A DNA stretch of 64,000 bases from an uncultured Candidatus Rokubacteria bacterium (GCA_963708025.1 CAVPSB010000024.1:34874-98873); one strand, 5' to 3'; shown: positions 52,560 through 62,222, counted from the stretch's first letter. Numbers and translations: made by a program. The notes: generated by a model not told the origin, from the letters alone.

Positions 52560-53315
52560 CTAGGCTCTGCTGGGTTCGTGCGCCTTGAGGAAGCGCCGCG
52601 CATGCTCCACGACCTCGTCGATGTGCTCCGGGGAATCTTTCCAGGGATAGATGGTCACCTCGGCATTCGGGGCGAGGCTGGCCACCTCCATCGCGACCTT
52701 GTACGGGTGCGCGGGCACGTCGTCAGGCGCAACCAGCAGCGGCGTCCGGATGGAGCGCACGAAGTCCCGCGACACGGTGAACACGAAGTCGGCGCGATTG
52801 GTGTACATGCTGGTGAGGAAGTCGTCGACCATCGCCATCGTGACGTCGGGGCGCTTCTCGCAAAGCGGCGGCCCCCAGCCCTTGACGTTGTTCTGGTAGA
52901 ACAGGTCCGGGATCTCAGGCCTGAAGCCGCTGGGCTGCATCATCGCGGCCGCGACGACGCGCTCCGGAGCCCGCCGAATGAGGTTGTGAATCATCGGCCC
53001 GCCGATGCAGAAGCCCATGACCATGAACTCCCGGATGCCCAGGTGGTCCATCAGCCCAAGCTGGTCGTCGGCGTAGGCGTCCCAGGGGCGGTCGATCTCC
53101 AGCGGGCCGCTGGACTGGCCGGGGTTGGCGTTGCGCAGGTCGGCGCAGATGCAGCGGAAGTCGTCCTTGTACCTTTCCATCGGGTTGAAGGGCGAGGCTG
53201 TCCGCCAGGATGAGAGAGCTGAGTTGAGGCCACCGCCCGGGATGAGCAGCAGGGGGAAGCCGGAGCCGACCTCTTCGTAGTGGATGCGGACGGGTCCTCT
53301 CTCGTAGAACGGCAT
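52560..53315 (-). CDS. Alpha/beta hydrolase with Cys at the nucleophile position
   Basis: LLLIPGG and the GFCIGG nucleophile elbow. Confidence 0.85.
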   Translation of the reverse strand: MPFYERGPVRIHYEEVGSGFPLLLIPGGGLNSALSSWRTASPFNPMERYKDDFRCICADLRNANPGQSSGPLEIDRPWDAYADDQLGLMDHLGIREFMVMGFCIGGPMIHNLIRRAPERVVAAAMMQPSGFRPEIPDLFYQNNVKGWGPPLCEKRPDVTMAMVDDFLTSMYTNRADFVFTVSRDFVRSIRTPLLVAPDDVPAHPYKVAMEVASLAPNAEVTIYPWKDSPEHIDEVVEHARRFLKAHEPSRA

Positions 53316-53445
53316 GGCGATGCTCCTCCCTCAGCGAGTCGCCGTTTACTCTAACTCACGGCGACGTGTTCGCGCACCGGCGTGTGGCGTTGGGCGAACC
53401 GCGGGTCGCCTTGGTCACGGGGCCTCTCCTTCAACCACCGCTCCT

Positions 53446-53724
53446 TCACGAATCTCGAAGACCTGCCAGTATCAATTTCACTTCCGGATCACGAAACATG
53501 TCGTGCAAGTCGCGCGTCCGGTTTTCCGGCGTTGCCGAAACGAACCCTCGCTCTCGCAGGGCATGCCGGCCGAGCTTGACCTTGAACCCCATCGACTCGA
53601 GCTGCCTGACACCGTTGTCAACCCTGTGTGGAAACAACGCCGCGCCACCCCAGGATGGGCTCACCACGCCGACGTAGTCCCCTGGCCTGAGCTTCGCTGG
53701 CTTTCTCGGCTCTCTGGTCTTCAC
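53446..53724 (-). pseudogene. Truncated S66/MccF-like peptidase cassette remnant
   Basis: KPAKLRPGDYVGVVSPS...DPEVKLIL, then homology breaks; starts 12 bp after an attC core. Confidence 0.7.
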
Positions 53725-53736
53725 GATTCGCTGTCT

Positions 53737-53794
53737 GCCCAACGCCAGCGCTCAGCGGCCGGCGAAGCCGGCCCACTGCAGTGCTCAGTCATGG
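53737..53794 (-). mobile_element. Degenerate attC site
   Basis: Top strand CCATGAC..CACTGCAG-TGGGCCGGCTTCGCCGGCC-GCTGAGCG..GTTGGGC; R'' AAC is mutated to GAC. Confidence 0.7.
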
Positions 53795-54016
53795 CGCTCA
53801 AGGGCACAGGCCAACCCGCGTGCAGAGCTTTTCGACGATCACATCCGCAGTATCGCCAATGACGCTCGTGATGAATGCCCCGGCGACAAGGGCGACACCG
53901 CCCAAGTACGCGCTGACGGCGGTGATCAACGCTGCCGGCACAGCGGGAAGGGCAGCAGCCGCCACGGCAAGTTGGACCGTCTACCGCGCCGCGGAGCCCG
54001 CAGAGGTCTCCACGCC

Positions 54017-57000
54017 CTACGCTCCCAGCGCCTGCTCGGCCTCGGCCAGCCAGCCGGTGGCCCCGATCTCGTCGAAGGTGGCCCGCGCCCGCTCGATGAG
54101 CCTTCGGCCCTCGGCGCGGTCATGGGCGAGCTTGAAGCGGCCGTAGGCGAGGAGCGTCTGGCCCAGCTCAGGACGTGACTGGATGCCCGCGAGGATCTCG
54201 AGGCTTCGGCGAAACGCGCGCTCGGCCGCCTCCCGGTCGCCCCCCGCCTCCTGGGCGAGGCCCAGCGCGCGCTGTGCGGCCCCCTGCTCGAGCCCGAAGC
54301 GGCTCCGCTCGGCGAGGTCCAGCGCCTGGGGAGCGAGCGCCAGCGCGGACTCCACCTCCCCATCGGCGAGGTAGGCGAGCACCCGGGCGATGGTGATGTA
54401 GCTCAGCGCGAACGGAGTGCCGCCGCATACCGGATCTTGCCTTCGCGGAGTGCCCGGTCGATCACCCGCCGGGCGTCGTCGCGGCGGCCCAGCTTGAGGT
54501 AGGCGAGGCCCAGCCAGGCCGAGGCGAAGAGCATGTTGCCGCCCTCGCCGATCTCCCAGCCGATGGGCAAGCTCTCCTCGGCGACCCGCACCGCGTCCGC
54601 CCACAGGCCCTTGTAGTAGTACGGCTCGGCCTCCATCCCCCGGAGGGCCAGGAGTCGCACGTCGTTCGACTCCTCCGCGATGGCGCGGACCCCGGCCGCG
54701 TACTGGAGCGATCGCTCGAGCGCGCCGGCGCGCGCGGAGTAGCATCGCCCCCCGAAGTTCATGTTGAGCGCCTGCTGGAGGCGGTCCCCCCGCGCCGCGT
54801 GGATCTCGATCGCCCGGGCGAAGAGCTCCAGGGTGCGCTCGTACTGGCCGAGCCTTCCGAGGAGATGCCCATACTGTTCGGCGACGAAGGCCTCGGTGAC
54901 GGGTTCGTCGAGCGACCGGGCACGCTCGACGGCGCCGCGGAGCAATTCCTCGTCACTCCGGATCACGCCTTGCAAGGCCTGAAGGCGCAACAGCCGTCCG
55001 GTGTCCCCGCGCGTCCGGGCGTGCTCGGCGGCGTGCTCGAGCTCGCGCAGGCCGGCCTCCATGGCGGCCGCGTCCGGCGCCCACCCGGGCACCTGGACGA
55101 ACTCGATGACCACGTCGGCGTGGGTGAGGCGGTACGGCTCGGTGGGCGGGAGCCGGCGCAGGAGCTCGAGCGCGCGCCGGTAGTGGGCGAGCGCCTCGGG
55201 ACGGGCGTAGAGGGCGTGGGCCCGCTTCGCCGCGCCCACCGTGTAGTGGAGCGCGCGCTCCCAGTTCTCGGCGTGATCCCAGTGGCGCGCCAGGACCGCC
55301 GCGTGCTCGGCCGAGTCCTGGCCCGGCGCCTCCTCGAGGTGGCCGGCGACCCGGGCGTGCAGCGCCTTGCGCCGCTCGCCGAGCATGCTCGCGTACGCCG
55401 CCTCCTGGGTCAGCGCGTGCTTGAAGACGTACTGACGCTCGGGGAGCCTGGCCCATTCCCGGATCAGCTCGGCGCGGAGGAGATGCGGAAGGGCCCGGTC
55501 GAGCTCGCCCGGCTCGTCGTCCAGGGCCCGGAGCGTGCGGTACTCGAAGAAGCGGCCGATGACCGCGGCGCGCTGGACCACGGCCTTGGCCGGCGCCGGG
55601 AGGCGATCGATCCGCGCGGCGAGGAGGCCGCGGAGCGTGGTGGGGAGGGGCCATCGCTCCGGATTCTCCGCGACGACCCAGCGCTCGCCGTCGCGTCGCA
55701 GCACGCCTTGCTCGATCAGCGCGCGGATGAGCTCTTCCAGGAAGAAGGGGTTGCCCTCGGCACGCTCGAGGATTCGGCGGCGAATCGCGTCGGGGAGCTC
55801 GGACACGCGCAGGAGGTTGTCGGCGAGGCGCTCGCTGTCCGCGGCGCCGAGCGGCGCCAGCCGGACCTCGGTGAGCCGGTGGCCGTAGTCGCGCTCGGCG
55901 TGGAGGCGGAAGATCCACGCGTTGCCTTCCGTCTCGGGGCGGCTCGTGACCAGGACCATGAGCGGCTGGAAGTCGGTCAGCTCGAGCAGCACGGGGAGCA
56001 GCTCGACCGAGGCCGCGTCCGCCCAGTGGAGGTCCTCGATGGCCGCGACGAGCGGACCTCGCTGGGCGAGCCCCTCCAGGATCGCCCGCGTGGCGAGGAC
56101 GATCTGGGACTGGAGCGTCCGGGGATCCGGGGGGACCGCCGGGGCGCCGGGCCCCAGGTCCACGCCCAGCAGGTGCGCCAGCGCCCCCAGGACCTGCTCG
56201 GCACGCTCGCCGGCGAGGGCGCGGAGGGCGACCCGGAGCTTGGTCCGGGCGATGGCCGGCGTCTCCGCCGCCCGGAGGCCCAGCGCGCTGCGGAGGATCT
56301 GGACGATCGGGGCGTAGCTCGTGTTCTGGGCGTAGGACTGGCAGCGGGCCTCGAGCCAGCGCACGCCCTCGGGCAGGCTGTCGCGGATCTCCGCCTTGAC
56401 CCGGGTCTTGCCGATCCCCGCCTCGCCGACGATCGACACCACCTGACCGCGCCCCCGGCGAAGATCGTCGACGCAGCCCCGGAGCGCGGCCATCTCGGCG
56501 TCGCGACCCACCACCGGGGAGGAGAGTCCCGGGACACCGCGGGGGCGCGCCTCGACGGCCCGGAGACCGAGCACCCGCCAGGCGGTGACCGGCTGGGCGA
56601 ACCCCTTGAGGCGGTGCGGGGGGGTCGGCTCGGCCTCGAGGATCGGCGCGACGAGGCGGTACGTCTCCTCGCCGATGACGATGCCGTCGGCGACCGACTG
56701 GAGCCGGGCCGCGAGGTTCGGGACCTCGCCGGTGACGAGGAACTCCCGGACGGCCGTCGCCGCGGCGACCGCTTCGCCGGTGGCGACGCCGATCCGCAGG
56801 GCGAGACCCGCGCCGTACTCCTGCTCGAACATGGGGTTGAGCTGGACCAGGCTGTCGCGCATCGCCACCGCCGCTCGCACGGCGCGCTCGGCGTCGTCCT
56901 CGTGGACCTGGGGCACGCCGAAGACGGCCATGATGGCGTCGCCGGCATACTTCTCGACGAGTCCGCCGTACGACTCGATCTGCTGGCGCATCTCGTCGAA

Positions 57001-57117
57001 GAACGCCGAGAGGAGGGCCCGGAGGTGCTCGGGATCGTGGCGGACCGCCAGCTCGGTCGACCCGGCCAGGTCGGCGAAGAGCACCGTGACCAGCTTGCGC
57101 TCGTCGGTGGCTGTCAT
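54017..57117 (-). CDS. Adenylate/guanylate cyclase-AAA-TPR protein (frameshift near 54420)
   Basis: VLFADLAGST, KYAGDAIMAVFG, GEAGIGKT, EDLHWAD, GNPFFLEE, FKHALTQE. Confidence 0.9.
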
Positions 57118-57405
57118 GCGCCGGACTCATGCTAGCCCAGTCCCGCCCCGGACGCGAGACCCGGCGGGCACCGCGCCCGAGGAGACCGACGATTCGCCTC
57201 CGCGGCGCCTTGCCGGCCTCCCGACCGTCAGCGCCTCGCGCAGCGTCGGCTCGAGGTCGTTGCCCTGCATCACCTGCCGCCGGATGTGGGCGCCGTCCGC
57301 TGTAGCTGGTCAGGTGCATGCGGAGGCTGTGCGGCACGTCACCCCTGGCTGGCTTCATCGCCGGCCCTCGCCCGGCGGTTGCCGCGAGGGTTGAGCGGCA
57401 CCTCG

Positions 57406-57852
57406 TTACCCCGCAATCTCCGCCTCGACGAGCTTGGCCAGGAGCGTGAGCGATTCTTGCCACCCGAGATAGCAGGCTTCCAGTGGAATGACGTCGGGTA
57501 TCCCTTCCTGCACGATGTTCAACTCAGTTCCGCAGGACACGCTCTTCAAGGATACCGTCACCTGCATCTGCCCGGGCAGTGTTGGGTCGTCGAACTTGTC
57601 CGTGTAGCGAATGCGCTCGTGTGGCACCAGTTCGAGATACTCTCCGCCGAACGAGTGGCTCTGGCCCGTCGTGAAGTTGGTGAACGACATCCTGTAGGTG
57701 CCGCCGACTCTGGCGTCCATGTGATGGACCTTGCCCGTGAAGCCGTTCGGCGGAAGCCATTTGGCCATGGCATCGGGATCGAGGAACGCCCGATAGACAC
57801 GCTCCGGCGTCGCACGGAGCACACGGTGAAGCCGGACGGTGTTGGTGGACAT
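57406..57852 (-). CDS. SRPBCC/AHSA1 family protein
   Basis: ATPERVYRAFLDP..KWLPP, GWQESL. Confidence 0.9.
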   Translation of the reverse strand: MSTNTVRLHRVLRATPERVYRAFLDPDAMAKWLPPNGFTGKVHHMDARVGGTYRMSFTNFTTGQSHSFGGEYLELVPHERIRYTDKFDDPTLPGQMQVTVSLKSVSCGTELNIVQEGIPDVIPLEACYLGWQESLTLLAKLVEAEIAG

Positions 57853-57947
57853 GATCACTTCGCCTTTCGACAAGGGGTGGAGCGAGCGGCGGCACGCTCA
57901 CGCGCCGGCCGACTTTAGCGCGGAGCTGGGCAACTCTTTCCCGGCTC

Positions 57948-58196
57948 TCATTCAATCAACTGGTGCGCCCGAATCAGCAGCGACCTGTACTTCATCATTT
58001 CACCCGTCTCCGAGCTGGGCCGTTGAATGGCCTTGTCGTCGGGTGTGTAGAAGCGCGGAATGTTGAAGTGCTGGTCATACGGCGCGTTGTACTCCGGGTT
58101 GGCCATGTCGACGAAGTAGGCGTGCCGGATACGCGGGTTGTCGACCATCGGGAAGCCGTAGATGTAGGCCTCCTTGGCGATTGCGCGGACTTCGGC
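57948..58196 (-). pseudogene. DUF1254-like N-terminal fragment
   Basis: AEVRAIAKEAYIYGFPMVDN..HAYFVD..YTPDDKAIQ; no start, truncated. Confidence 0.6.
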
Positions 58197-58506
58197 CAGA
58201 GGCAGCCCAGCCTGCTTCTGGCGCCGTCTTCACGTCGTGTCCTTGGATATCCGCTGCGAGGCGGCGGTCGACGCACTCGTCGAGGAGCCCCCTCACCGAC
58301 GCCTTAAAGATCATTCGCGCCGTGGCCTCCTCGAGGAAGGCCACGACCTGCTCCCGCCTGACGGTTGGAAACCCCGTCAGGAAGTCGTCGATCGGCTCGC
58401 CGCCCTCGAGGTAATCGATTAGCGCTTGGATCGGAACTCGCGTTCCGGCGAACACGGGCGTACCGCCCAGGATGTCCGGCGACGAGGTCACGATCGGCTC
58501 AGCCAT
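58197..58506 (-). pseudogene. DUF433 antitoxin plus truncated DUF5615 PIN-like toxin (cassette 7)
   Basis: ILGGTPVFAGTRVP, then (V)RGLLDECVD..HDVKT..GW read in frame and cut after about 33 aa. Confidence 0.8.
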
Positions 58507-58545
58507 TGCCTTACCTTACTCCCGATCGTCCGCTCGGCTCAAGGC

Positions 58546-58616
58546 GCCGAACGCTGCGCTCAACGGCCGCGGGCGAGCAACGCGAGCCCGCCGTCCGTTG
58601 AAGCGTGCTGTTGGGC
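58546..58616 (-). mobile_element. attC site
   Basis: Top strand GCCCAAC...CTTCAACGGACGGCGGGCTCGC..GCCCGCGGCCGTTGAG...GTTCGGC, 71 bp. Confidence 0.9.
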
Positions 58617-58625
58617 AGCGCGACT

Positions 58626-59615
58626 TCACTGAATTACCTCGTCTGCGCGCAGCAGCACGGATTGTGGAATCGTCACGGCGAGCGCCTTGGCTGTCTTGAG
58701 GTTGATCAAGAGCTCGAGCTTCGTGACTTGCTCCACGGGGAGGTTTGCCGGCTTCGCGCCGCGGAGGATCTTGTCCACGTAGGCGGTAGCGCGCCGCCAG
58801 GTATCCACGGGATTGGGGTAGTAGCTGATCAGACCGCCTGCCTCCACGAAGTGCCTGCCCTGGACCATTGTCGGCAGCCTGTGTGCAATGGCCAACTCCG
58901 CGATGCGCTGTCTCGCGGTGATGAAGGGTGGGGTGCTGAACACAAGCAGGGCCTGCGCGCCGCCTCGGGCCATGGTCGAGAAGGCGCCGTCGAGCTCGCC
59001 GGCAGTTCGTGCTCCCACGGGCTGCAGCTCCAACCGGAGTAGCCGCGCTGGCTCCTCTAGAGCCTTGAGCCCGGGGACGGCGGACGGAGTGCCGGGATGC
59101 CAAAGAACGGCGATCCGAACGGCCGCCGGGACGGCAGAGTGCAGGAGTTCAAGGCCTTTCGGGCCGAGCTCGGTTTGAAGCACGGCCATCCCTGTGATGT
59201 TGCCACCGGGTCTGGCAAGGCTCGCGACGTGGCCGGTCTCTACTGGATCTGCATGGCCAACGAAGACGATGGGAATAGAGGATGTCGCTGCCTTCAGGGC
59301 CCCCGTAAAAAGCGATCCCCGCGTTGCGATTAGATCCGGCTTGAGCCGGACCAGGTCCGCCGCGACTTCAGGGAGCCGAGCGACGTTGCCCTCGACCCAC
59401 CGGGACTCGATTCGAATGTTCACGCCCTCGGTCCACCCGTGGTCCCGCAGACCCTCTCGAAAGGTCTGCCAGAGAAGGATCTCGTTGGAGTCCGCGGTCT
59501 TGTCCCCCAAGACGCCGAGGCGGTAGACCTTTCCCGCCGGCTGCGCGCCTGCAAGCGACACGGTGAGCATCAAGACGGCGAAGATGGAGCTCAGGCTAGC
59601 GACAGCTGATGTCAT
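58626..59615 (-). CDS. ABC_sub_bind-family substrate-binding protein (cassette 6)
   Basis: IPIVF..DPV..G.VASLARPGGNITG, GAKPANLPVEQ, INLKTAKAL; flanked by attC sites. Confidence 0.9.
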   Translation of the reverse strand: MTSAVASLSSIFAVLMLTVSLAGAQPAGKVYRLGVLGDKTADSNEILLWQTFREGLRDHGWTEGVNIRIESRWVEGNVARLPEVAADLVRLKPDLIATRGSLFTGALKAATSSIPIVFVGHADPVETGHVASLARPGGNITGMAVLQTELGPKGLELLHSAVPAAVRIAVLWHPGTPSAVPGLKALEEPARLLRLELQPVGARTAGELDGAFSTMARGGAQALLVFSTPPFITARQRIAELAIAHRLPTMVQGRHFVEAGGLISYYPNPVDTWRRATAYVDKILRGAKPANLPVEQVTKLELLINLKTAKALAVTIPQSVLLRADEVIQ

Positions 59616-59644
59616 GCGTTTCCCGATGCACCGTGCCAGGGTCT

Positions 59645-59704
59645 GCCCAACGCACCGTATGAGCTGCGGCGCGAAGCGCCGTCAGCTCGATGCGGTTGTT
59701 AGCC
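59645..59704 (-). mobile_element. attC site
   Basis: Top strand GGCTAAC-AACCG-CATCGAGC-TGACGGCGCTTCGCGCCGCA-GCTCATA-CGGTGC-GTTGGGC, 60 bp, with canonical extrahelical bases. Confidence 0.92.
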
Positions 59705-59953
59705 AAGCAGGCGATCGTAGTCGGCATGGCTGCCAATCCAGAACCAGACGAGTCCGTCGGGCGCTTCGACGGCCAGGGCTCGATAGTGAGAGCCGACTCG
59801 CGCAGACCAGAACCGGCCGACTCTCTTGAAATGAAGTGACGGATGCCGGGGATCTTGCTTCAGGCGCGCATGCGCTTGATCGGCGAGATCGCGTACCTCG
59901 GACGGCAGGGAACGATATAGCGCCCAGAAGTCGGGAGACGCGTGATGAGTCAG
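59699..59953 (-). CDS. RelE/ParE-like toxin (cassette 5; not in the ORF track)
   Basis: CTG start overlapping the upstream TGA; ASPDFWALY..DPRHPSLHFKRVGRFWSARVGSHYRALA..WFWIGSHADYDRLLG; TAA lies inside R''. Confidence 0.8.
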   Translation of the reverse strand: MTHHASPDFWALYRSLPSEVRDLADQAHARLKQDPRHPSLHFKRVGRFWSARVGSHYRALAVEAPDGLVWFWIGSHADYDRLLG

Positions 59954-60150
59954 AGGGGTGTGGTCTTGCCGGCAGCGTGATCACGAAGGGCCTTAGCAGC
60001 AAGGTCATCCAGGCGGCCCGCCTGAGCATCACGCTCGATCTGGCGATCCCAGGCTGCCCAGTCGTACTCCAGAAACCAGGCGCGAAACTCCGCAAGCTCC
60101 TCTGGAGAGAGCGCCCGGACCTCTTGCTCGATCTTCTCGATCTTGCCCAT
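59950..60150 (-). CDS. Putative antitoxin (cassette 5)
   Basis: 66 aa, WDRQIERDAQAGRLDDLA; coupled to the toxin; extended -10 TGGTAGAGT at 60179-60171. Confidence 0.8.
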   Translation of the reverse strand: MGKIEKIEQEVRALSPEELAEFRAWFLEYDWAAWDRQIERDAQAGRLDDLAAKALRDHAAGKTTPL

Positions 60151-60215
60151 GGATGTTCTGCCCGCCACTCACTCTACCATTTCTCTATGGTTGGCCAGTA
60201 AGTCGTGATCCTGCT

Positions 60216-60312
60216 GCCTAACGACACAGCTCAGCAGCGGCGGAGGCCACTGAGGCGATGAAGTCCCAGAAACCTATCGGCCCCCGCCGTCTGCTGCAGC
60301 GCCTGGTTCGGC
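60216..60312 (-). mobile_element. attC site
   Basis: Top strand GCCGAAC..GCTGCAGCAGACGGCGG...CCGCCGCTGCTGAGC..GTTAGGC, 97 bp. Confidence 0.9.
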
Positions 60313-60332
60313 GTCCGGGCGCGGCGTCGCGG

Positions 60333-60914
60333 TCAGCGCTCGACGGCGTACCGGGCCAGGAGCAGGCTCGAGCCGTCGAAGGTGCGGGTGTCCAGCAGGC
60401 GGAGCGAGCCAGGCGGCCGCGTCTCGAACGCCCGCACCCCCTCGCCGACCACGCCGGCACCGATCATGAAGTGCAACTCGTCAACCAAGCTGGCGGCGAG
60501 CAGGTCGTTCCAGAGGAGGTGACTGCCGAACATCAGGATCTCCCGACCCGGACTCTCTTTGAGTGCGGCGACCTCCGCACGCGCGTCCGCCCTCCGCACG
60601 ACGCGGGTCGGGCCCCACCCCTCGACTTCGTCGGGCTTCAGGCTGTTCGAGACCACGACCTTCTCGATGGCGGCGTTGAGACGCGAGATCTCGCGCTCCA
60701 CAGCCGGCTGGCTCACGTCCTCGGCAATCGCGGGCCAGTAGGACCGGAAGCCCTCGTACGACTTGCGCCCGAGCAGCAGCGTGTCGGCCGCCCGGAGCCG
60801 TTCCGCGTTGTAGTCGGAGAAGCCGTCGTCGAACGGCATGGCCATGACGTCCCCGCCCGAGCCGGAGTAAAAGCCGTCGAGCGAGACGAGGTTGCAGACG
60901 ATGAGTTTGCGCAT
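60333..60914 (-). CDS. DHFR-fold/RibD C-terminal domain protein (cassette 4)
   Basis: VSLDGF, LLLGRKSY, LVDELHF. Confidence 0.9.
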   Translation of the reverse strand: MRKLIVCNLVSLDGFYSGSGGDVMAMPFDDGFSDYNAERLRAADTLLLGRKSYEGFRSYWPAIAEDVSQPAVEREISRLNAAIEKVVVSNSLKPDEVEGWGPTRVVRRADARAEVAALKESPGREILMFGSHLLWNDLLAASLVDELHFMIGAGVVGEGVRAFETRPPGSLRLLDTRTFDGSSLLLARYAVER

Positions 60915-60956
60915 GATTGGTGAACCATCTTATCACCGTTGGGATGCGGAGCGGTC

Positions 60957-61029
60957 GCCGAACGCTCGCGGTCAGCGGCCGGGAGGCGAGCAACGCGAGC
61001 CCCCGGTGCGCTGTACTGCGGGGTTAGAC
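60957..61029 (-). mobile_element. attC site
   Basis: Top strand GTCTAAC...GTACAGCGCACCGG...CCGGCCGCTGAC...GTTCGGC, 73 bp; shares the GCGAGCAACGCGAGCCC loop with the 58546 site. Confidence 0.88.
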
Positions 61030-61052
61030 AACCGGTTATTGGCACGCCGACC

Positions 61053-61298
61053 TCAGGGCACCGATGGGGGCACGCGATACGGGCCGCCCAATTGCTCTGG
61101 TTTGAGATCGGGGTGCTCCGCGTAGATGGGATTCATGACCTCAATGAGCATGTATCCCATGATGTAGCCGAAGCCTCGGCGATATCTCTGAAACTCCTCG
61201 TCCGAACACTGGCTCCTGATTCTCGATAGCTGGGCGTCAAGCTTCGCACTCAGCCTCAGCATCAAGAGGCTCGTTTCCTCGGCCAGGGTTCTATTCAT
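61053..61298 (-). CDS. 81-aa hypothetical protein (cassette 3)
   Basis: MNRTLAEE...CSDEEFQRYRRGFGYIMG..NPIYAEHPDLKP; fills the space between two attC sites; low GC. Confidence 0.75.
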   Translation of the reverse strand: MNRTLAEETSLLMLRLSAKLDAQLSRIRSQCSDEEFQRYRRGFGYIMGYMLIEVMNPIYAEHPDLKPEQLGGPYRVPPSVP

Positions 61299-61305
61299 TG
61301 CAGTC

Positions 61306-61380
61306 GTCCAACGATCGGTATTCAGCTGCGAGGTCCCGAGCGCAGCGAGGGCCTCGTCAGCTGCAACATCCAAGTTGGGC
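61306..61380 (-). mobile_element. attC site
   Basis: Top strand GCCCAAC..TTGCAGCTGACGAGG...CCTCGCAGCTGAA..GTTGGAC, 75 bp. Confidence 0.9.
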
Positions 61381-61477
61381 GGCGCGCTACTTGTCGAAGA
61401 CGTCGTTGGCGCCCTCGCGTGTGAACGTCTCACCGAGCTGAAGCTCACCGCCGGGCGAGAAAGGGTGTGGGGTCCGA

Positions 61478-62074
61478 CTACGCCTTGCGTACTGGGTAGC
61501 GCAGGTGTGTAACGCCGACGCCCCGGATCACCGTCGGGTTGCCAAGGACGACTGGCGTGTCGGCGAGGCGGTCGAAGAGTCGAACTCCGGAGCCAAGAAG
61601 AACCGCCGCGATGTCGACGTGGATTTCGTCGAGGAGCCCAGCATTCAGGCATTGCTGGATGGTGTTGGCGCCGTGGACGCCAACGGACTTCCCGGCGGCG
61701 GCGGTTTTGGCTTGGTTCACGGCGCTTTCGATGCCGTCGATCACGAAGTGTACAGTCGAGTTGGGCCGCGGCCATCCGGCGGGGACGTGGTGGGTAAGTA
61801 CGAATGCTGGTCCCCAAGCGTGGTTTCCGCCCCAGCCTTGGGCGACGTCGAAGGTGCGTCGGCCGGTGAGCACGGCACCAAGTCCGGACGTGAGACCGCG
61901 AAGGTGCTCGGCGCTCGGCCCGGACACCTTGAACGTCATGGGGTCCGACCCTCCGGTGTGGATTTCGACGTCGCCCGAGGTGAAGTACCAGTCGAACACT
62001 TCGGCCACGCCATCGTTGAGGTCGGCGACGTAGCCGTCGAGCGACATGGACATGATTGCGACAACCTTCGACAT
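61478..62074 (-). CDS. DHFR-fold/RibD C-terminal domain protein (cassette 2)
   Basis: MSLDGYVA, GRRTFD, GLLDEI..LLGSGVRLF. Confidence 0.9.
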   Translation of the reverse strand: MSKVVAIMSMSLDGYVADLNDGVAEVFDWYFTSGDVEIHTGGSDPMTFKVSGPSAEHLRGLTSGLGAVLTGRRTFDVAQGWGGNHAWGPAFVLTHHVPAGWPRPNSTVHFVIDGIESAVNQAKTAAAGKSVGVHGANTIQQCLNAGLLDEIHVDIAAVLLGSGVRLFDRLADTPVVLGNPTVIRGVGVTHLRYPVRKA

Positions 62075-62140
62075 TGCGATGTTCCTTTCGAGGGGTGGAG
62101 ACTGCTTCAGGGGATCGCGCGCTGTCCTCCCGGATCGTCC

Positions 62141-62222
62141 GCCCAACGCTGGCGCTCAGCCGCGCCTGGAAGCCGGAGCGACGCGTAGGCTGTAAGGCGT
62201 CGGCTGCAGCGCTTTGTTCGGC
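62141..62222 (-). mobile_element. attC site
   Basis: Top strand GCCGAAC..CGCTGCAGCCGACGCCT...AGGCGCGGCTGAGCG..GTTGGGC, 82 bp. Confidence 0.92.

Noticed and set aside
53349-53395. CTCTAAC...GTTGGGC as another attC
   Set aside because: Only about 47 bp, with no convincing L boxes or stem.
57340-57411. GGGTAAC at the SRPBCC stop as an attC R'' box
   Set aside because: No matching GTT core or hairpin downstream.
58075-58506. DUF433-PIN in-frame fusion as a novel single-chain toxin-antitoxin protein
   Set aside because: Removing one G at the TCGGTGAGG junction restores the usual stop/start overlap, and the PIN part is truncated anyway.
60333-62074. DHFR-fold cassettes as dfrA trimethoprim-resistance genes
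   Set aside because: They have the SLDG/RibD-C pattern at about 195 aa and lack the N.VIG...(I/L)PW motif of true DHFRs.
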